A stretch of DNA of 48,274 nucleotides from an uncultured Bacilli bacterium (GTDB lineage Bacteria > Bacillota_I > Bacilli_A > RF39 > UBA660), in contig CANRDD010000003.1 of the NCBI GenBank assembly GCA_947629305.1, forward strand, positions 1 through 48,274. The letters are read 5' to 3'. Position numbers and translations under genes: made by a program. The first letter of the stretch is position 1. The number at the start of each line of letters is the position of its first letter. This document shows, in pieces, positions 10,026 to 18,950 of the stretch. The notes beneath the pieces are model-generated. The model did not search any database and was not told the origin of the DNA. It worked only from the letters and a program-made list of their open reading frames with translations.

Positions 10026-10055
10026 AATATTAGTTGATAGAAGGAGGAATTTTTA

Positions 10056-10310
10056 ATGAAAGAAGCCACTGGTGAATTAAATATGACTGTTGTAACAGTA
10101 GTAGCTATTGCCGCGGTTGCAGCATTCTTCTATGCTTTCATTTGGCCAGGTATTAGAAATCAAATTCAAGCAAGTACTTATTGTTCTATGGCTGACTGTA
10201 ATGCTGATTCTACTGAATGTCAAGCCTATGATGATCAAGGAAATCAAACTTGGAAAGGTAGTTGCAAAGCATACTTTGATCGACAAAATGATAAAAGTAC
10301 AGGTAATTAA
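10056..10310 (+). CDS. Putative major Flp-like pilin (non-canonical)
   Basis: 84 aa, MKEATGELN + hydrophobic helix + 4-Cys head; own promoter and strong RBS. Confidence 0.65.
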   Translation: MKEATGELNMTVVTVVAIAAVAAFFYAFIWPGIRNQIQASTYCSMADCNADSTECQAYDDQGNQTWKGSCKAYFDRQNDKSTGN

Positions 10311-10340
10311 TTTATTAATTAAAATAGGAGAAATGTAAAA

Positions 10341-10577
10341 ATGAAAGAGGCGACAGGAGAATTAAATACTACGGTTATAGTTGTTATATCAGTAGGGATC
10401 TTGATGGCCTTTTTTTTCGGTGTTATATGGCCAGCATTAAATAGTAATTTTGAAAAAACAACGGGATGTAAGGCCGCGGTATGTAATTGCCAAGAACGAA
10501 TAACCCGAGATGGGATTGAATATTGTAAATGTAAGTCTAAAAATGGGGAAGAATTAATGTGTGTTTATAAAGGATGA
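10341..10577 (+). CDS. Second Flp-like pilin paralog
   Basis: Same MKEATGELN start, hydrophobic helix ending IWP, 6-Cys head. Confidence 0.65.
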   Translation: MKEATGELNTTVIVVISVGILMAFFFGVIWPALNSNFEKTTGCKAAVCNCQERITRDGIEYCKCKSKNGEELMCVYKG

Positions 10578-10586
10578 TGGTAGAAG

Positions 10587-11126
10587 ATGAAAGAATCTAT
10601 TAGTATGACAACGATTTTTCAAATCGTTATTCTCTTTATTTTACTATTCACAGCAATTATGTGTTTAACAATTAATAACTCTAATGCTTTTGGCGTTAAA
10701 GATGAATTAGTTAATATTATTGAATTATCGGGAGGTAATTTTTTAGTTAATGATGGAGGAGGCAATAGATTAAATGATGAAATGGTTGAAACTATTGCTC
10801 AAGAACAATACCGTGTTACAGGTTCATGTGATAAATTAAATCAAGAACTTGGGGATAGTAGTAATCCTTATATAGGTTATCGTAAAGATGGTATGCCTGT
10901 ATCTTCAGGGGAAAAAGCTTCCGTTTGTATAAGAGAAGTAAATGTTAGAGATGCGATGGAAGATGTTTTAACTAAATCAGGAGTTAATTTTATACCCAAT
11001 GAAGCCTTAAATGGTTCTTATTATCAAGTAGTGGTTTTTTATCAATTAAATGTACCTGTAATTGAAAGTGTATATAATATGCAAACTAAGGGAGAAACAC
11101 GGATAATATATAATAAAAATAGATAG
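10587..11126 (+). CDS. TadE-like minor pilin
   Basis: N-terminal hydrophobic helix (FQIVILFILLF), 2 Cys in the head, C-terminal YYQVVVFYQLNVPVI..KGET; paralog of next gene. Confidence 0.6.
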   Translation: MKESISMTTIFQIVILFILLFTAIMCLTINNSNAFGVKDELVNIIELSGGNFLVNDGGGNRLNDEMVETIAQEQYRVTGSCDKLNQELGDSSNPYIGYRKDGMPVSSGEKASVCIREVNVRDAMEDVLTKSGVNFIPNEALNGSYYQVVVFYQLNVPVIESVYNMQTKGETRIIYNKNR

Positions 11127-11135
11127 GTGATATAG

Positions 11136-11621
11136 ATGAGAGAAGTAAGTGGAACGACTTGGTCATTTCAATTAATTATTCTTTTTATCCTTATTTTTGC
11201 TTGCTTTTTATCTTTAGTAGTTAATTATTTTCATGCTTATAGAGCTCGTAATGATATGTTAACTATTATTGAAAAATATGAAGGTATAACAAATGGTGAT
11301 AAAAATAATTCTTTAAAGATAATTAATAATGTATTAAAAGATAATGGTTATAAAACAGTTGGAGCTTGCACTAATGAAGAAGGTAATTGGATGGGAGCTT
11401 TAGATTTAGAAGGAAATGTCGAAAAAGCAAAAGAAGGAGTTAAATATTATTATTGTTTTCAAAAAGTATCAAGAGGAGATGGATCTTGGAATAGTAATAA
11501 TACCTATTATAATATAAAAGTTTTTTATCGATTTAATTTACCTGTTCTAGGACAATTAGCTACTTTTGTTATAAATGGAAGAACTAATTCTTTTGTAGGA
11601 AATCAAAATAGTATATCATAG
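11136..11621 (+). CDS. TadE-like minor pilin
   Basis: FQLIILFILIF helix and YYNIKVFYRFNLPVL..NGRT match the previous gene. Confidence 0.6.
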   Translation: MREVSGTTWSFQLIILFILIFACFLSLVVNYFHAYRARNDMLTIIEKYEGITNGDKNNSLKIINNVLKDNGYKTVGACTNEEGNWMGALDLEGNVEKAKEGVKYYYCFQKVSRGDGSWNSNNTYYNIKVFYRFNLPVLGQLATFVINGRTNSFVGNQNSIS

Positions 11622-11630
11622 GAGGAAATA

Positions 11631-12617
11631 ATGAACGTCATAGTATCTAATAAATATCAAAATTTATTAAATAGTTTAAATATTGATATTATAAAAAGTA
11701 TAAATGGAGTATTTACAGTTGAAGAATTAAAGATGCAATTTGCTAATTTTTATTTTAATAAAATGATTATTGATATAACAGCAATTCAAGATTATGAAAA
11801 TATTAATGTTATTCAACTTTTGTCGGTTAATTTTGATATGGATAAAATAATTCTTTTATTAGATGATTCTCCTAAAGTTAATTCACCAATGTATTTATCA
11901 CAATTAGTATCAATGGGTGTTTATAACTTTACAAGATCAGTTGATGCTATTCCTTTTTTAATTACTAATCCTAATTCTTATAAAGATGTTGCTCAATATC
12001 ATAATTTAAGTGGGTTTAAAGCACCTAAATTAAATGAAACATCAGTTGATTATAGTAAAGGACAAATTAGTAAAAGAGTTATTGGTTTTCGTAATATTAC
12101 TTCTCATGCTGGTTCAACAACTCTTGTTTATTTAGCTAAAATGTATTTAGAAAAAGTATATAAAGTTAAAGCTGTTGAAGTAGATGGAAATGATTTTCAA
12201 TATTTTAATGATCCTAATTTAGATAGAACTGATAGTACTAGTTTAGATAAATATTTAAATGATCATGGGGAATATGATATTGTTTTAGTAGATTTAAATA
12301 CTAATTGTGATAATTTATGTGATGATGTTATATATTTAATAGAACCAGGAATATTAAAATTAAATAAGTTAATTAGTGAAAATAAACATATATTTAAAGA
12401 ATTAGAAAATAAAAAGATAGTTTTAAATAAAAGTTTATTAACAGATAAAGATATAAGTGATTTTGAAGAAGAAAGTGGGAGTAAAGTCTTTTATAATTTA
12501 CCTCCAGTTGATGATAATTTAGATAATCAAGGAATCTTTAATGCTTTTTTATCTGCTTTAGGATTTAGTAGAATAAATGGGCAAACAGATGATGGAATGT
12601 TTAATGTCTTTAATTAG
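11631..12617 (+). CDS. TadZ/CpaE-like protein (receiver-like domain + degenerate MinD/ParA ATPase)
   Basis: VIGFRNITSHAGSTTL resembles a deviant Walker A without Lys; YDIVLVDL Walker B; KIVLNK motif; cytoplasmic. Confidence 0.6.
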   Translation: MNVIVSNKYQNLLNSLNIDIIKSINGVFTVEELKMQFANFYFNKMIIDITAIQDYENINVIQLLSVNFDMDKIILLLDDSPKVNSPMYLSQLVSMGVYNFTRSVDAIPFLITNPNSYKDVAQYHNLSGFKAPKLNETSVDYSKGQISKRVIGFRNITSHAGSTTLVYLAKMYLEKVYKVKAVEVDGNDFQYFNDPNLDRTDSTSLDKYLNDHGEYDIVLVDLNTNCDNLCDDVIYLIEPGILKLNKLISENKHIFKELENKKIVLNKSLLTDKDISDFEEESGSKVFYNLPPVDDNLDNQGIFNAFLSALGFSRINGQTDDGMFNVFN

Positions 12618-12625
12618 GAGTAGTT

Positions 12626-12982
12626 ATGAATGATATAAGTTTTTGTAATAGAACAGCAAATATTTGGCAATTAGTGGGTTATGTAGTATTAGTTATTAAA
12701 ATAGTTGTTCCTCTTATTATAATTATTTTAGGAATGGTGGAATTATCTAAAGCTGTATTATCTAGTGATGAAAAAGCAATTAAAGTAAGTGCAACTAATT
12801 TATTTAAAAAAATCATTATTGGGGTTATTATCTTTTTTATTCCAACAGTTATTAATTTTGCTTTTTATTTAGTTAGTGATTTTTTAAATGTTAGTAGTGA
12901 ATATGATAATTGTTTTAATTGTTTAACTAGTCCTAATAGTAAATGTAATACTAGTTATAAATCTGAAATATTTGGTAATTAA
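12626..12982 (+). CDS. VirB2/TrbC-like two-helix pilin-like membrane protein
   Basis: Two hydrophobic helices joined by KAVLSSDEKAIK; N-terminal Cys and C-terminal CxxC. Confidence 0.55.
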   Translation: MNDISFCNRTANIWQLVGYVVLVIKIVVPLIIIILGMVELSKAVLSSDEKAIKVSATNLFKKIIIGVIIFFIPTVINFAFYLVSDFLNVSSEYDNCFNCLTSPNSKCNTSYKSEIFGN

Positions 12983-13005
12983 TTGACATAATTAGGCAAT
13001 AGTAA

Positions 13006-13034
13006 TTGACATTTAGGGAAATTTGGGCTAGAAT
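13006..13034 (+). promoter_or_regulatory. sigA-like promoter
   Basis: TTGACA-N17-TAGAAT. Confidence 0.7.
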
Positions 13035-13064
13035 AAACTTATAAAAAGAAAGAGGTGTATTGTA

Positions 13065-13484
13065 ATGTATTTAATGGGAAATTTAACTTTAGGTGCTGCT
13101 AGTACGGTTGGACAAGCCAATGGTTTTTGTGCTAGAACGGCAGATATATGGCAATTAGTAGGAGTTATATTATTAATATTTAAAATCGTTATTCCAATTA
13201 TTTTAATTGTTTTAGGAATGATTGATTTAGGAAAAGCTGTTGTTTCTAGTGATGAAAAAGCCATTCAAAAATCTGCTAAAACTTTAGGTTTAAGAATAGT
13301 TGCGGCTGTATGTATTTTCTTTGTACCATCCTTAATATCATTTGTTTTCTCTGTTATTTCAGCTTTTAATAATGATGTTAAAGCCGATTTTGATGTATGT
13401 AAAACATGTATAGTTCATCCTAATAAAAAAGAAGGTACTGGTACATGTAGCTATTATGTTGGTCAAATAGATGTAGCTAATTAA
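13065..13484 (+). CDS. VirB2/TrbC-like two-helix pilin-like membrane protein (paralog)
   Basis: Shares FCxRTAxIWQLVG, KIVxP, LGM, KAVxSSDEKAI, IFFxP and CxxC with the previous gene. Confidence 0.55.
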   Translation: MYLMGNLTLGAASTVGQANGFCARTADIWQLVGVILLIFKIVIPIILIVLGMIDLGKAVVSSDEKAIQKSAKTLGLRIVAAVCIFFVPSLISFVFSVISAFNNDVKADFDVCKTCIVHPNKKEGTGTCSYYVGQIDVAN

Positions 13485-13507
13485 AAGATTTTTAAATCTT
13501 TTTTTTT
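13484..13507 (+). terminator. Weak intrinsic terminator
   Basis: AAAAGATT..AATCTTTT followed by a T tract. Confidence 0.5.
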
Positions 13508-13542
13508 GCTACTCAAAAGTGTCAAGGAAAATTTGAATTAAT

Positions 13543-13571
13543 TTGACATATAATGATAAAAGTGGTAAAAT
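13543..13571 (+). promoter_or_regulatory. sigA-like promoter
   Basis: TTGACA-N17-TAAAAT with extended TG. Confidence 0.7.
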
Positions 13572-13621
13572 ATAGCCACTTAATGGATTAAGTGCTATAA
13601 ATATAAGGGGGTACGATAATT

Positions 13622-15358
13622 ATGTACGAAGAAAGTAGCCGAAAATTAAGCGTTAATTGGGTTTCTCTAGCTATCAAATTATTTTTCTTAGCGGTATTTG
13701 TTTTTTTGTTATGCTGGATATTTACCAGAAATAGTAAAGGCAATAATATTTTAGCTAGTCGTGATACCGAATATATTTCGAATATCACTGCGATGAAAGA
13801 AGCAGCTTTTGAATATTTCACTGAATCTAAATTACCTGAAAACATCGGGGGAACAAAAACTTTATCATTAAATGAAATGGTTAATCAAAAGCTATTAATT
13901 GACTTTACCGACAATGGGACTAAATGTAATACATCTAATAGTTATGTTCAAACAACAAAAACTGCTGATGGAGCTTATGCTTTAAAGGTTAGTTTAGTAT
14001 GTGGAGATACTAATGATTTTATTGTGACAACTATTGAAGAACCAAAATGTCCAAATAATACTTGTATTGCTGATTCAAATATTGATAATACTACTGATAA
14101 AGATGATGAATATGCAGATATAAATCCTGATTATCTTCCAAGTGAAGATGATAAGTATTATGATGATAAAACTGATACTTATTTACGTCCAGATGATAAT
14201 CAAACTGATAATCAACCAAGTAAGGAAGAACAACCAACAAATCCTACACCTACACCAAGTAAACCAAGTAATTCAGGATCAGGTTCGAATAAACAACAAA
14301 CATCAACGACTGTTGTTACAAAAGTTAAAATTACTATTAGTGCAGCCTGTGGTTCTTGTGTAAATAACTATTATACTGAAAATAATTATTACACAGAAAA
14401 TAATAACAATAATAATAATAATAATAACAATAATAACAATAATAACAATAATAACAATAATAATAACAATAATAACAATAATAACAATAATAACAATAAT
14501 AATAACAATAATAACAATAATAATAACAATAATAACAATGATAAGGAACCAGTGGAACCAGATAAGCCAAGTAATCCAGTGGAACCAGATGATAAACCAA
14601 CTGAACCTCAAAAAACATTATATTATTTACATATGCGTTATACTGACTGGGCTGATGGTTATAGTAATGAGGAAAATGCCCAAAATCAAAGATGTACAGT
14701 TACAACTTATGATTATTGTAAATTAAGTAGTAAAACTTACTATTCTATTGGTTATATTGCTAATACTAAAGCGGCAACTTATACATCTTCTTTACAAATT
14801 AAAGATTTAAATGCTGATGAAGTTGTTCCAGGTACTGTATCTATTTCTAATGTAAGTTATTTCAGTAATTCATTAAATGACTATAACGCTTATATAGAAA
14901 TGAAAAGACAAGAAAGTTTATATATGGTTGGTAATACAGGTAAGTATGATGTTATATTAAATAATGCAAGTTCATATAAAAATAGTGCATTAACCCAATC
15001 TAATTTTACCTTTAGTATAAGTAGTCCTTATCAAAAAGGAAATTATTACTATGTAAATCCAACAACTACAATTAAAAATGTAACAGGTGTTAATCCATAT
15101 TATGCTTCTCATTTAGGATATAGTGTTTACTTTATTCCAATGAAGTTTAATATTAATTATGCTAAAACTAGTGACTGTGTAAGAGATTTATCAACTAATG
15201 CATCTAAGTATGGTAGCAATTATAAAGCTTTAAATCCTCAAAAGGAATATACATATAGACATCGTTTTATTGAATATACTTGGAGTACAGAATCTAAATT
15301 AGATGGTTGGACTTTTACAGGTCAAACTAAATATGCAACTGAAGATCCAAAAATTTAA
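13622..15358 (+). CDS. Membrane-anchored surface protein with pilin-like N-terminal domain and poly-Asn/Pro-rich stalk
   Basis: N-terminal TM, then MKEAAFEYF..LP..C..SYV..V.L.C pilin-like head, low-complexity linker, Tyr-rich C-terminal domain. Confidence 0.7.
   Translation: MYEESSRKLSVNWVSLAIKLFFLAVFVFLLCWIFTRNSKGNNILASRDTEYISNITAMKEAAFEYFTESKLPENIGGTKTLSLNEMVNQKLLIDFTDNGTKCNTSNSYVQTTKTADGAYALKVSLVCGDTNDFIVTTIEEPKCPNNTCIADSNIDNTTDKDDEYADINPDYLPSEDDKYYDDKTDTYLRPDDNQTDNQPSKEEQPTNPTPTPSKPSNSGSGSNKQQTSTTVVTKVKITISAACGSCVNNYYTENNYYTENNNNNNNNNNNNNNNNNNNNNNNNNNNNNNNNNNNNNNNNNNNNNNNDKEPVEPDKPSNPVEPDDKPTEPQKTLYYLHMRYTDWADGYSNEENAQNQRCTVTTYDYCKLSSKTYYSIGYIANTKAATYTSSLQIKDLNADEVVPGTVSISNVSYFSNSLNDYNAYIEMKRQESLYMVGNTGKYDVILNNASSYKNSALTQSNFTFSISSPYQKGNYYYVNPTTTIKNVTGVNPYYASHLGYSVYFIPMKFNINYAKTSDCVRDLSTNASKYGSNYKALNPQKEYTYRHRFIEYTWSTESKLDGWTFTGQTKYATEDPKI
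14399..14539 (+). repeat. (AAT/AAC)47 microsatellite encoding 47 consecutive Asn
   Basis: 141 nt, mostly the 9-bp unit AATAATAAC, in frame. Confidence 0.95.
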
Positions 15359-15381
15359 AAGAGAGAGAAATCTCTTTTTTT
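15357..15381 (+). terminator. Intrinsic terminator closing the Tad-like locus
   Basis: AAAAGAGA-gagaaa-TCTCTTTT plus T tract. Confidence 0.6.
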
Positions 15382-15488
15382 AGTTTAGAAATAAAAAAAG
15401 AGGTAAAACTAAAAAAAGATGTTAAAGTACTTGGCAAAGATGAAAATTATGGTAAAATACTTAAGTAGTGAAGAAGGAATGGATGAAG

Positions 15489-18290
15489 ATGAATGATAAA
15501 ATTGTTATATTAGGAGCTAGAGAAAATAATTTAAAAAATATTAATTTAGAAATTCCTAAAAATAAATTAGTTGTTATGACAGGAGTATCAGGAAGTGGGA
15601 AAAGTAGTTTAGCTTTTGATACAATTTATGCGGAAGGTCAAAGAAGATATGTGGAAAGTTTGTCTGCTTATGCTAGACAATTTATTGGTGTTTCGGAAAA
15701 ACCTGATGTTGATTCCATTGAAGGCTTAAGTCCATCTATATCCATTGATCAAAAGTCCACGAATAAAAATCCTCGTTCAACGGTTGGAACTATTACCGAA
15801 ATTTATGATTATTTAAGGCTTTTATTTGCAAGAATTGGTACACCTTATTGTCCTCATCATCATATTCCTATTAAAAGTCAAAGTATAGAAGAAATGACTA
15901 ATAAAGTGATGGATTATAAAGGTCAAACTATTAGTATATTAGCACCAATTGTTCATGGGGAAAAAGGAACACATAAAGATTTATTTGATGAATTAAGAAA
16001 AGATGGTTTTTCTAAAGTAAGAGTTAATGGTAAAATATATAGTTTAAATGAAGAAATTAATTTAGAAAAGAATATTAAAGATAATATTGATATAGTTATT
16101 GATAAAGTTAGTGTTGATGATGAAGAAAGAAGTAGAATATTTGAATCAATTGAAACTAGTTGTAAAAAAGCAGATGGGAAAGTTATTATATTAGTTAATG
16201 ATGAAGAAATATTTATGAGTGAAAAATATGCTTGTATTAAATGTAATTATTCTCTTCCGGAGTTAGAACCACGCTTATTTTCTTTTAATGCTCCTTATGG
16301 AGCTTGTCCTGAATGTAAAGGTTTAGGAACAAAATTAAAGATTAGTGAAGATTTACTTATTCCTAATCCTAATAAATCCATCATGGAAGGGGGAATAAAC
16401 TCTGTTAATATGGATTCAATGACCTATTTTACTCAAGTAGAAACTGTTTGCCGAAAATATGGAATTGATCTTCATATGCCAATTAAAGATATTCCTAAGG
16501 ATAAATTAAATATTATTTTATATGGTACAGATGAAATCATGGAATTTAATTATGTAGCTAAAAATGGAAATACTAGAAATACAAAGAATAGTTATGAAGG
16601 AGTTATTCCCACTTTAGAAAGAAGATTCATGGAAACTAAAAGTACTTGGATTAGAGAATGGTTAAACGGCTTTATGGTGGAAAGTGCTTGTCCTGTTTGT
16701 AAAGGAAAAAGACTTCAAGCATCTGTTTTATCTATTTATATTAATGATTTAAATATTATTGATGTAACAGAAATGTCTATTAAAGAAGCTTTAAAATTTT
16801 TTAAAAATTTAAAATTAAATAAAGAACAAGAAAAGGTTAGTGAACTTATTTTAAAAGAAATAATATCTAGGTTAGATTTTTTAAATAATGTTGGTTTATC
16901 ATATCTTACATTAAGTAGAGATGCTGGATCTTTATCTGGAGGAGAAGCCCAAAGAATAAGATTAGCTACCCAAATTGGGAGTCGTTTATCTGGTGTATTA
17001 TATGTTTTAGATGAACCAAGTATTGGTTTACATCAAAAAGATAATGAAAAGTTAATTAATTCTTTGAAAGAAATGCGGGATTTAGGTAATTCTTTAATAG
17101 TTGTTGAACATGATACGGATACCATGCTAGCCGCGGATTATTTAATTGACATAGGTCCTGGAGCAGGTGAATATGGAGGAGAAGTCATGGCCGCGGGAAC
17201 TCCTTTAGAAGTAATGCAAAATCCTAATTCTTTAACAGGAAGATATTTAAGTGGTAAAGAAAAAATAGAAGTTCCAAAGAAAAGAAGAAAAGGTAATGGT
17301 TTAGTAATTAAAATTAAAGGAGCTAAAGAAAATAATTTAAAAAATGTTAATGTAGATATTCCTTTAGGGAAGTTTGTTTGTATTACAGGTGTATCCGGAT
17401 CAGGGAAATCATCTTTAATTAATGAAGTATTATATAAAAATATTGCCAATATGTTATATCGAAGTAAATATGTACCTGGAAAATGTAAAGAAATAATAGG
17501 GTTAGAAAATATTGATAAAGTTATTCAAATTACGCAAGATGCTATTGGAAGAACACCAAGAAGTAATCCAGCAACTTATGTTGGTGTCTTTGATGATATT
17601 CGAGATTTATTCGCGGATATGAAAGAAGCTAAAATGCGGGGATATGATAAAAGTCGTTTTTCCTTTAATGTTAAAGGGGGAAGATGTGAAGCTTGTTGGG
17701 GAGATGGTGTGAAAAAAATTGAAATGCATTTCCTAGCGGATGTATATGTACCTTGTGATGTATGTAAAGGAAAAAGATATAATAAAGAAACATTAGAAGT
17801 AAAATATAAAGGAAAAAATATTAGTGAAGTATTAGATATGCGTGTTAGTGAAGCTATTGAATTTTTTCAAAATGTTCCTAAAATATATAATAAATTAAAA
17901 GTTATGATGGATGTTGGTTTATCATATATTAAACTAGGACAACCAGCACCAGCTTTATCAGGTGGAGAAGCAGGGAGAGTTAAACTAGCTAAAGAATTAC
18001 AAAAAAAAGCAACTGGTAAATCATTATTTATATTAGATGAACCGACGACTGGTTTACATACTGATGATATTAAAAAATTATTAGTTATTTTAAATAGAAT
18101 TGTCGATAATGGTGATACCGTTATTGTTATTGAACATAATTTAGATGTTATTAAAGTTGCGGATTATATCATTGATCTAGGTCCGGATGGAGGTGTTGAT
18201 GGAGGTAAGGTTATTGCAACAGGTACTCCTGAACAGGTTGCCAAATCCCCTAATTCTTATACAGGTGAATTTTTAAAGAAAATTATCTAA
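15489..18290 (+). CDS. uvrA: Excinuclease ABC subunit A
   Basis: GARENNLKN, two Walker A (GVSGSGKSS), LSGGEAQRIRLA, zinc fingers; start placed at MNDKIV (ORF track starts 15468). Confidence 0.98.
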   Translation: MNDKIVILGARENNLKNINLEIPKNKLVVMTGVSGSGKSSLAFDTIYAEGQRRYVESLSAYARQFIGVSEKPDVDSIEGLSPSISIDQKSTNKNPRSTVGTITEIYDYLRLLFARIGTPYCPHHHIPIKSQSIEEMTNKVMDYKGQTISILAPIVHGEKGTHKDLFDELRKDGFSKVRVNGKIYSLNEEINLEKNIKDNIDIVIDKVSVDDEERSRIFESIETSCKKADGKVIILVNDEEIFMSEKYACIKCNYSLPELEPRLFSFNAPYGACPECKGLGTKLKISEDLLIPNPNKSIMEGGINSVNMDSMTYFTQVETVCRKYGIDLHMPIKDIPKDKLNIILYGTDEIMEFNYVAKNGNTRNTKNSYEGVIPTLERRFMETKSTWIREWLNGFMVESACPVCKGKRLQASVLSIYINDLNIIDVTEMSIKEALKFFKNLKLNKEQEKVSELILKEIISRLDFLNNVGLSYLTLSRDAGSLSGGEAQRIRLATQIGSRLSGVLYVLDEPSIGLHQKDNEKLINSLKEMRDLGNSLIVVEHDTDTMLAADYLIDIGPGAGEYGGEVMAAGTPLEVMQNPNSLTGRYLSGKEKIEVPKKRRKGNGLVIKIKGAKENNLKNVNVDIPLGKFVCITGVSGSGKSSLINEVLYKNIANMLYRSKYVPGKCKEIIGLENIDKVIQITQDAIGRTPRSNPATYVGVFDDIRDLFADMKEAKMRGYDKSRFSFNVKGGRCEACWGDGVKKIEMHFLADVYVPCDVCKGKRYNKETLEVKYKGKNISEVLDMRVSEAIEFFQNVPKIYNKLKVMMDVGLSYIKLGQPAPALSGGEAGRVKLAKELQKKATGKSLFILDEPTTGLHTDDIKKLLVILNRIVDNGDTVIVIEHNLDVIKVADYIIDLGPDGGVDGGKVIATGTPEQVAKSPNSYTGEFLKKII

Positions 18291-18385
18291 TGACTATAGT
18301 TACTACTCAGCCATAAATAACAGATAGATTAAAGTCTACTGTTATTTTTATATAAAATTTTATTAAATTTATAATACCAATATTA

Positions 18386-18414
18386 TTGACATATACTATA
18401 TAAAATAATAAAAT
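18386..18414 (+). promoter_or_regulatory. sigA-like promoter of the TA operon
   Basis: TTGACA-N17-TAAAAT, downstream of the hairpin AATAACAG..CTGTTATT. Confidence 0.6.
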
Positions 18415-18482
18415 ATATTACACATATCTTGAAGAATTGTTTAAATAATTGTATTATTAAGATAATAAGAGGAGATGGTGAT

Positions 18483-18950
18483 ATGAAGAATACTTTAACA
18501 ATTTTTGATGTAGCTAATTTTTTTCTTAAAATTGTTGATAGGGATTCAGGAAGTACAATAACTCCTTTGAAACTACAAAAAATATTATATTATGCTCAAG
18601 GTTATCATTTAGCATATTATGACAAAGAATTATTTTCGGAAGATTTTCAAGCTTGGGCACATGGCCCTGCGAATGAAGAAATTTATGATAAGTATAAAGA
18701 ATATGGTTTTAATTCTATACCAAGTCCTTCTGAAGAAATTCCGGAAATAGAAGATTCATTATGTGACTTCTTAAATGATATTTGGCAAACGTTTGGCATT
18801 TATGATGGTAAATATTTAGAAGAACAAACTCATAAAGAAAAACCATGGATTGATGCAAGAAAAGGTTATGCTCCAGGCGAAATATGTCACGAAATTATTT
18901 CCAAAGAAAGTATGAAAGAATTTTTTAAAACAGTAATTTATGAAGCATAA
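18483..18950 (+). CDS. Panacea (SocA/GepA, DUF4065) antitoxin
   Basis: DVANFF, ITPLKLQKILYYAQG, FQAWAHGP, THxEKPW; ATG 18483 follows RBS GGAG/GGTG. Confidence 0.9.
   Translation: MKNTLTIFDVANFFLKIVDRDSGSTITPLKLQKILYYAQGYHLAYYDKELFSEDFQAWAHGPANEEIYDKYKEYGFNSIPSPSEEIPEIEDSLCDFLNDIWQTFGIYDGKYLEEQTHKEKPWIDARKGYAPGEICHEIISKESMKEFFKTVIYEA

Noticed and set aside
14142..14726. Poly-Ile and Tyr/Cys ORFs in other frames
   Set aside because: Artefacts of the AAT/AAC microsatellite.
15380..15488. LexA box upstream of uvrA
   Set aside because: No GAAC-N4-GTTC-like site was found.
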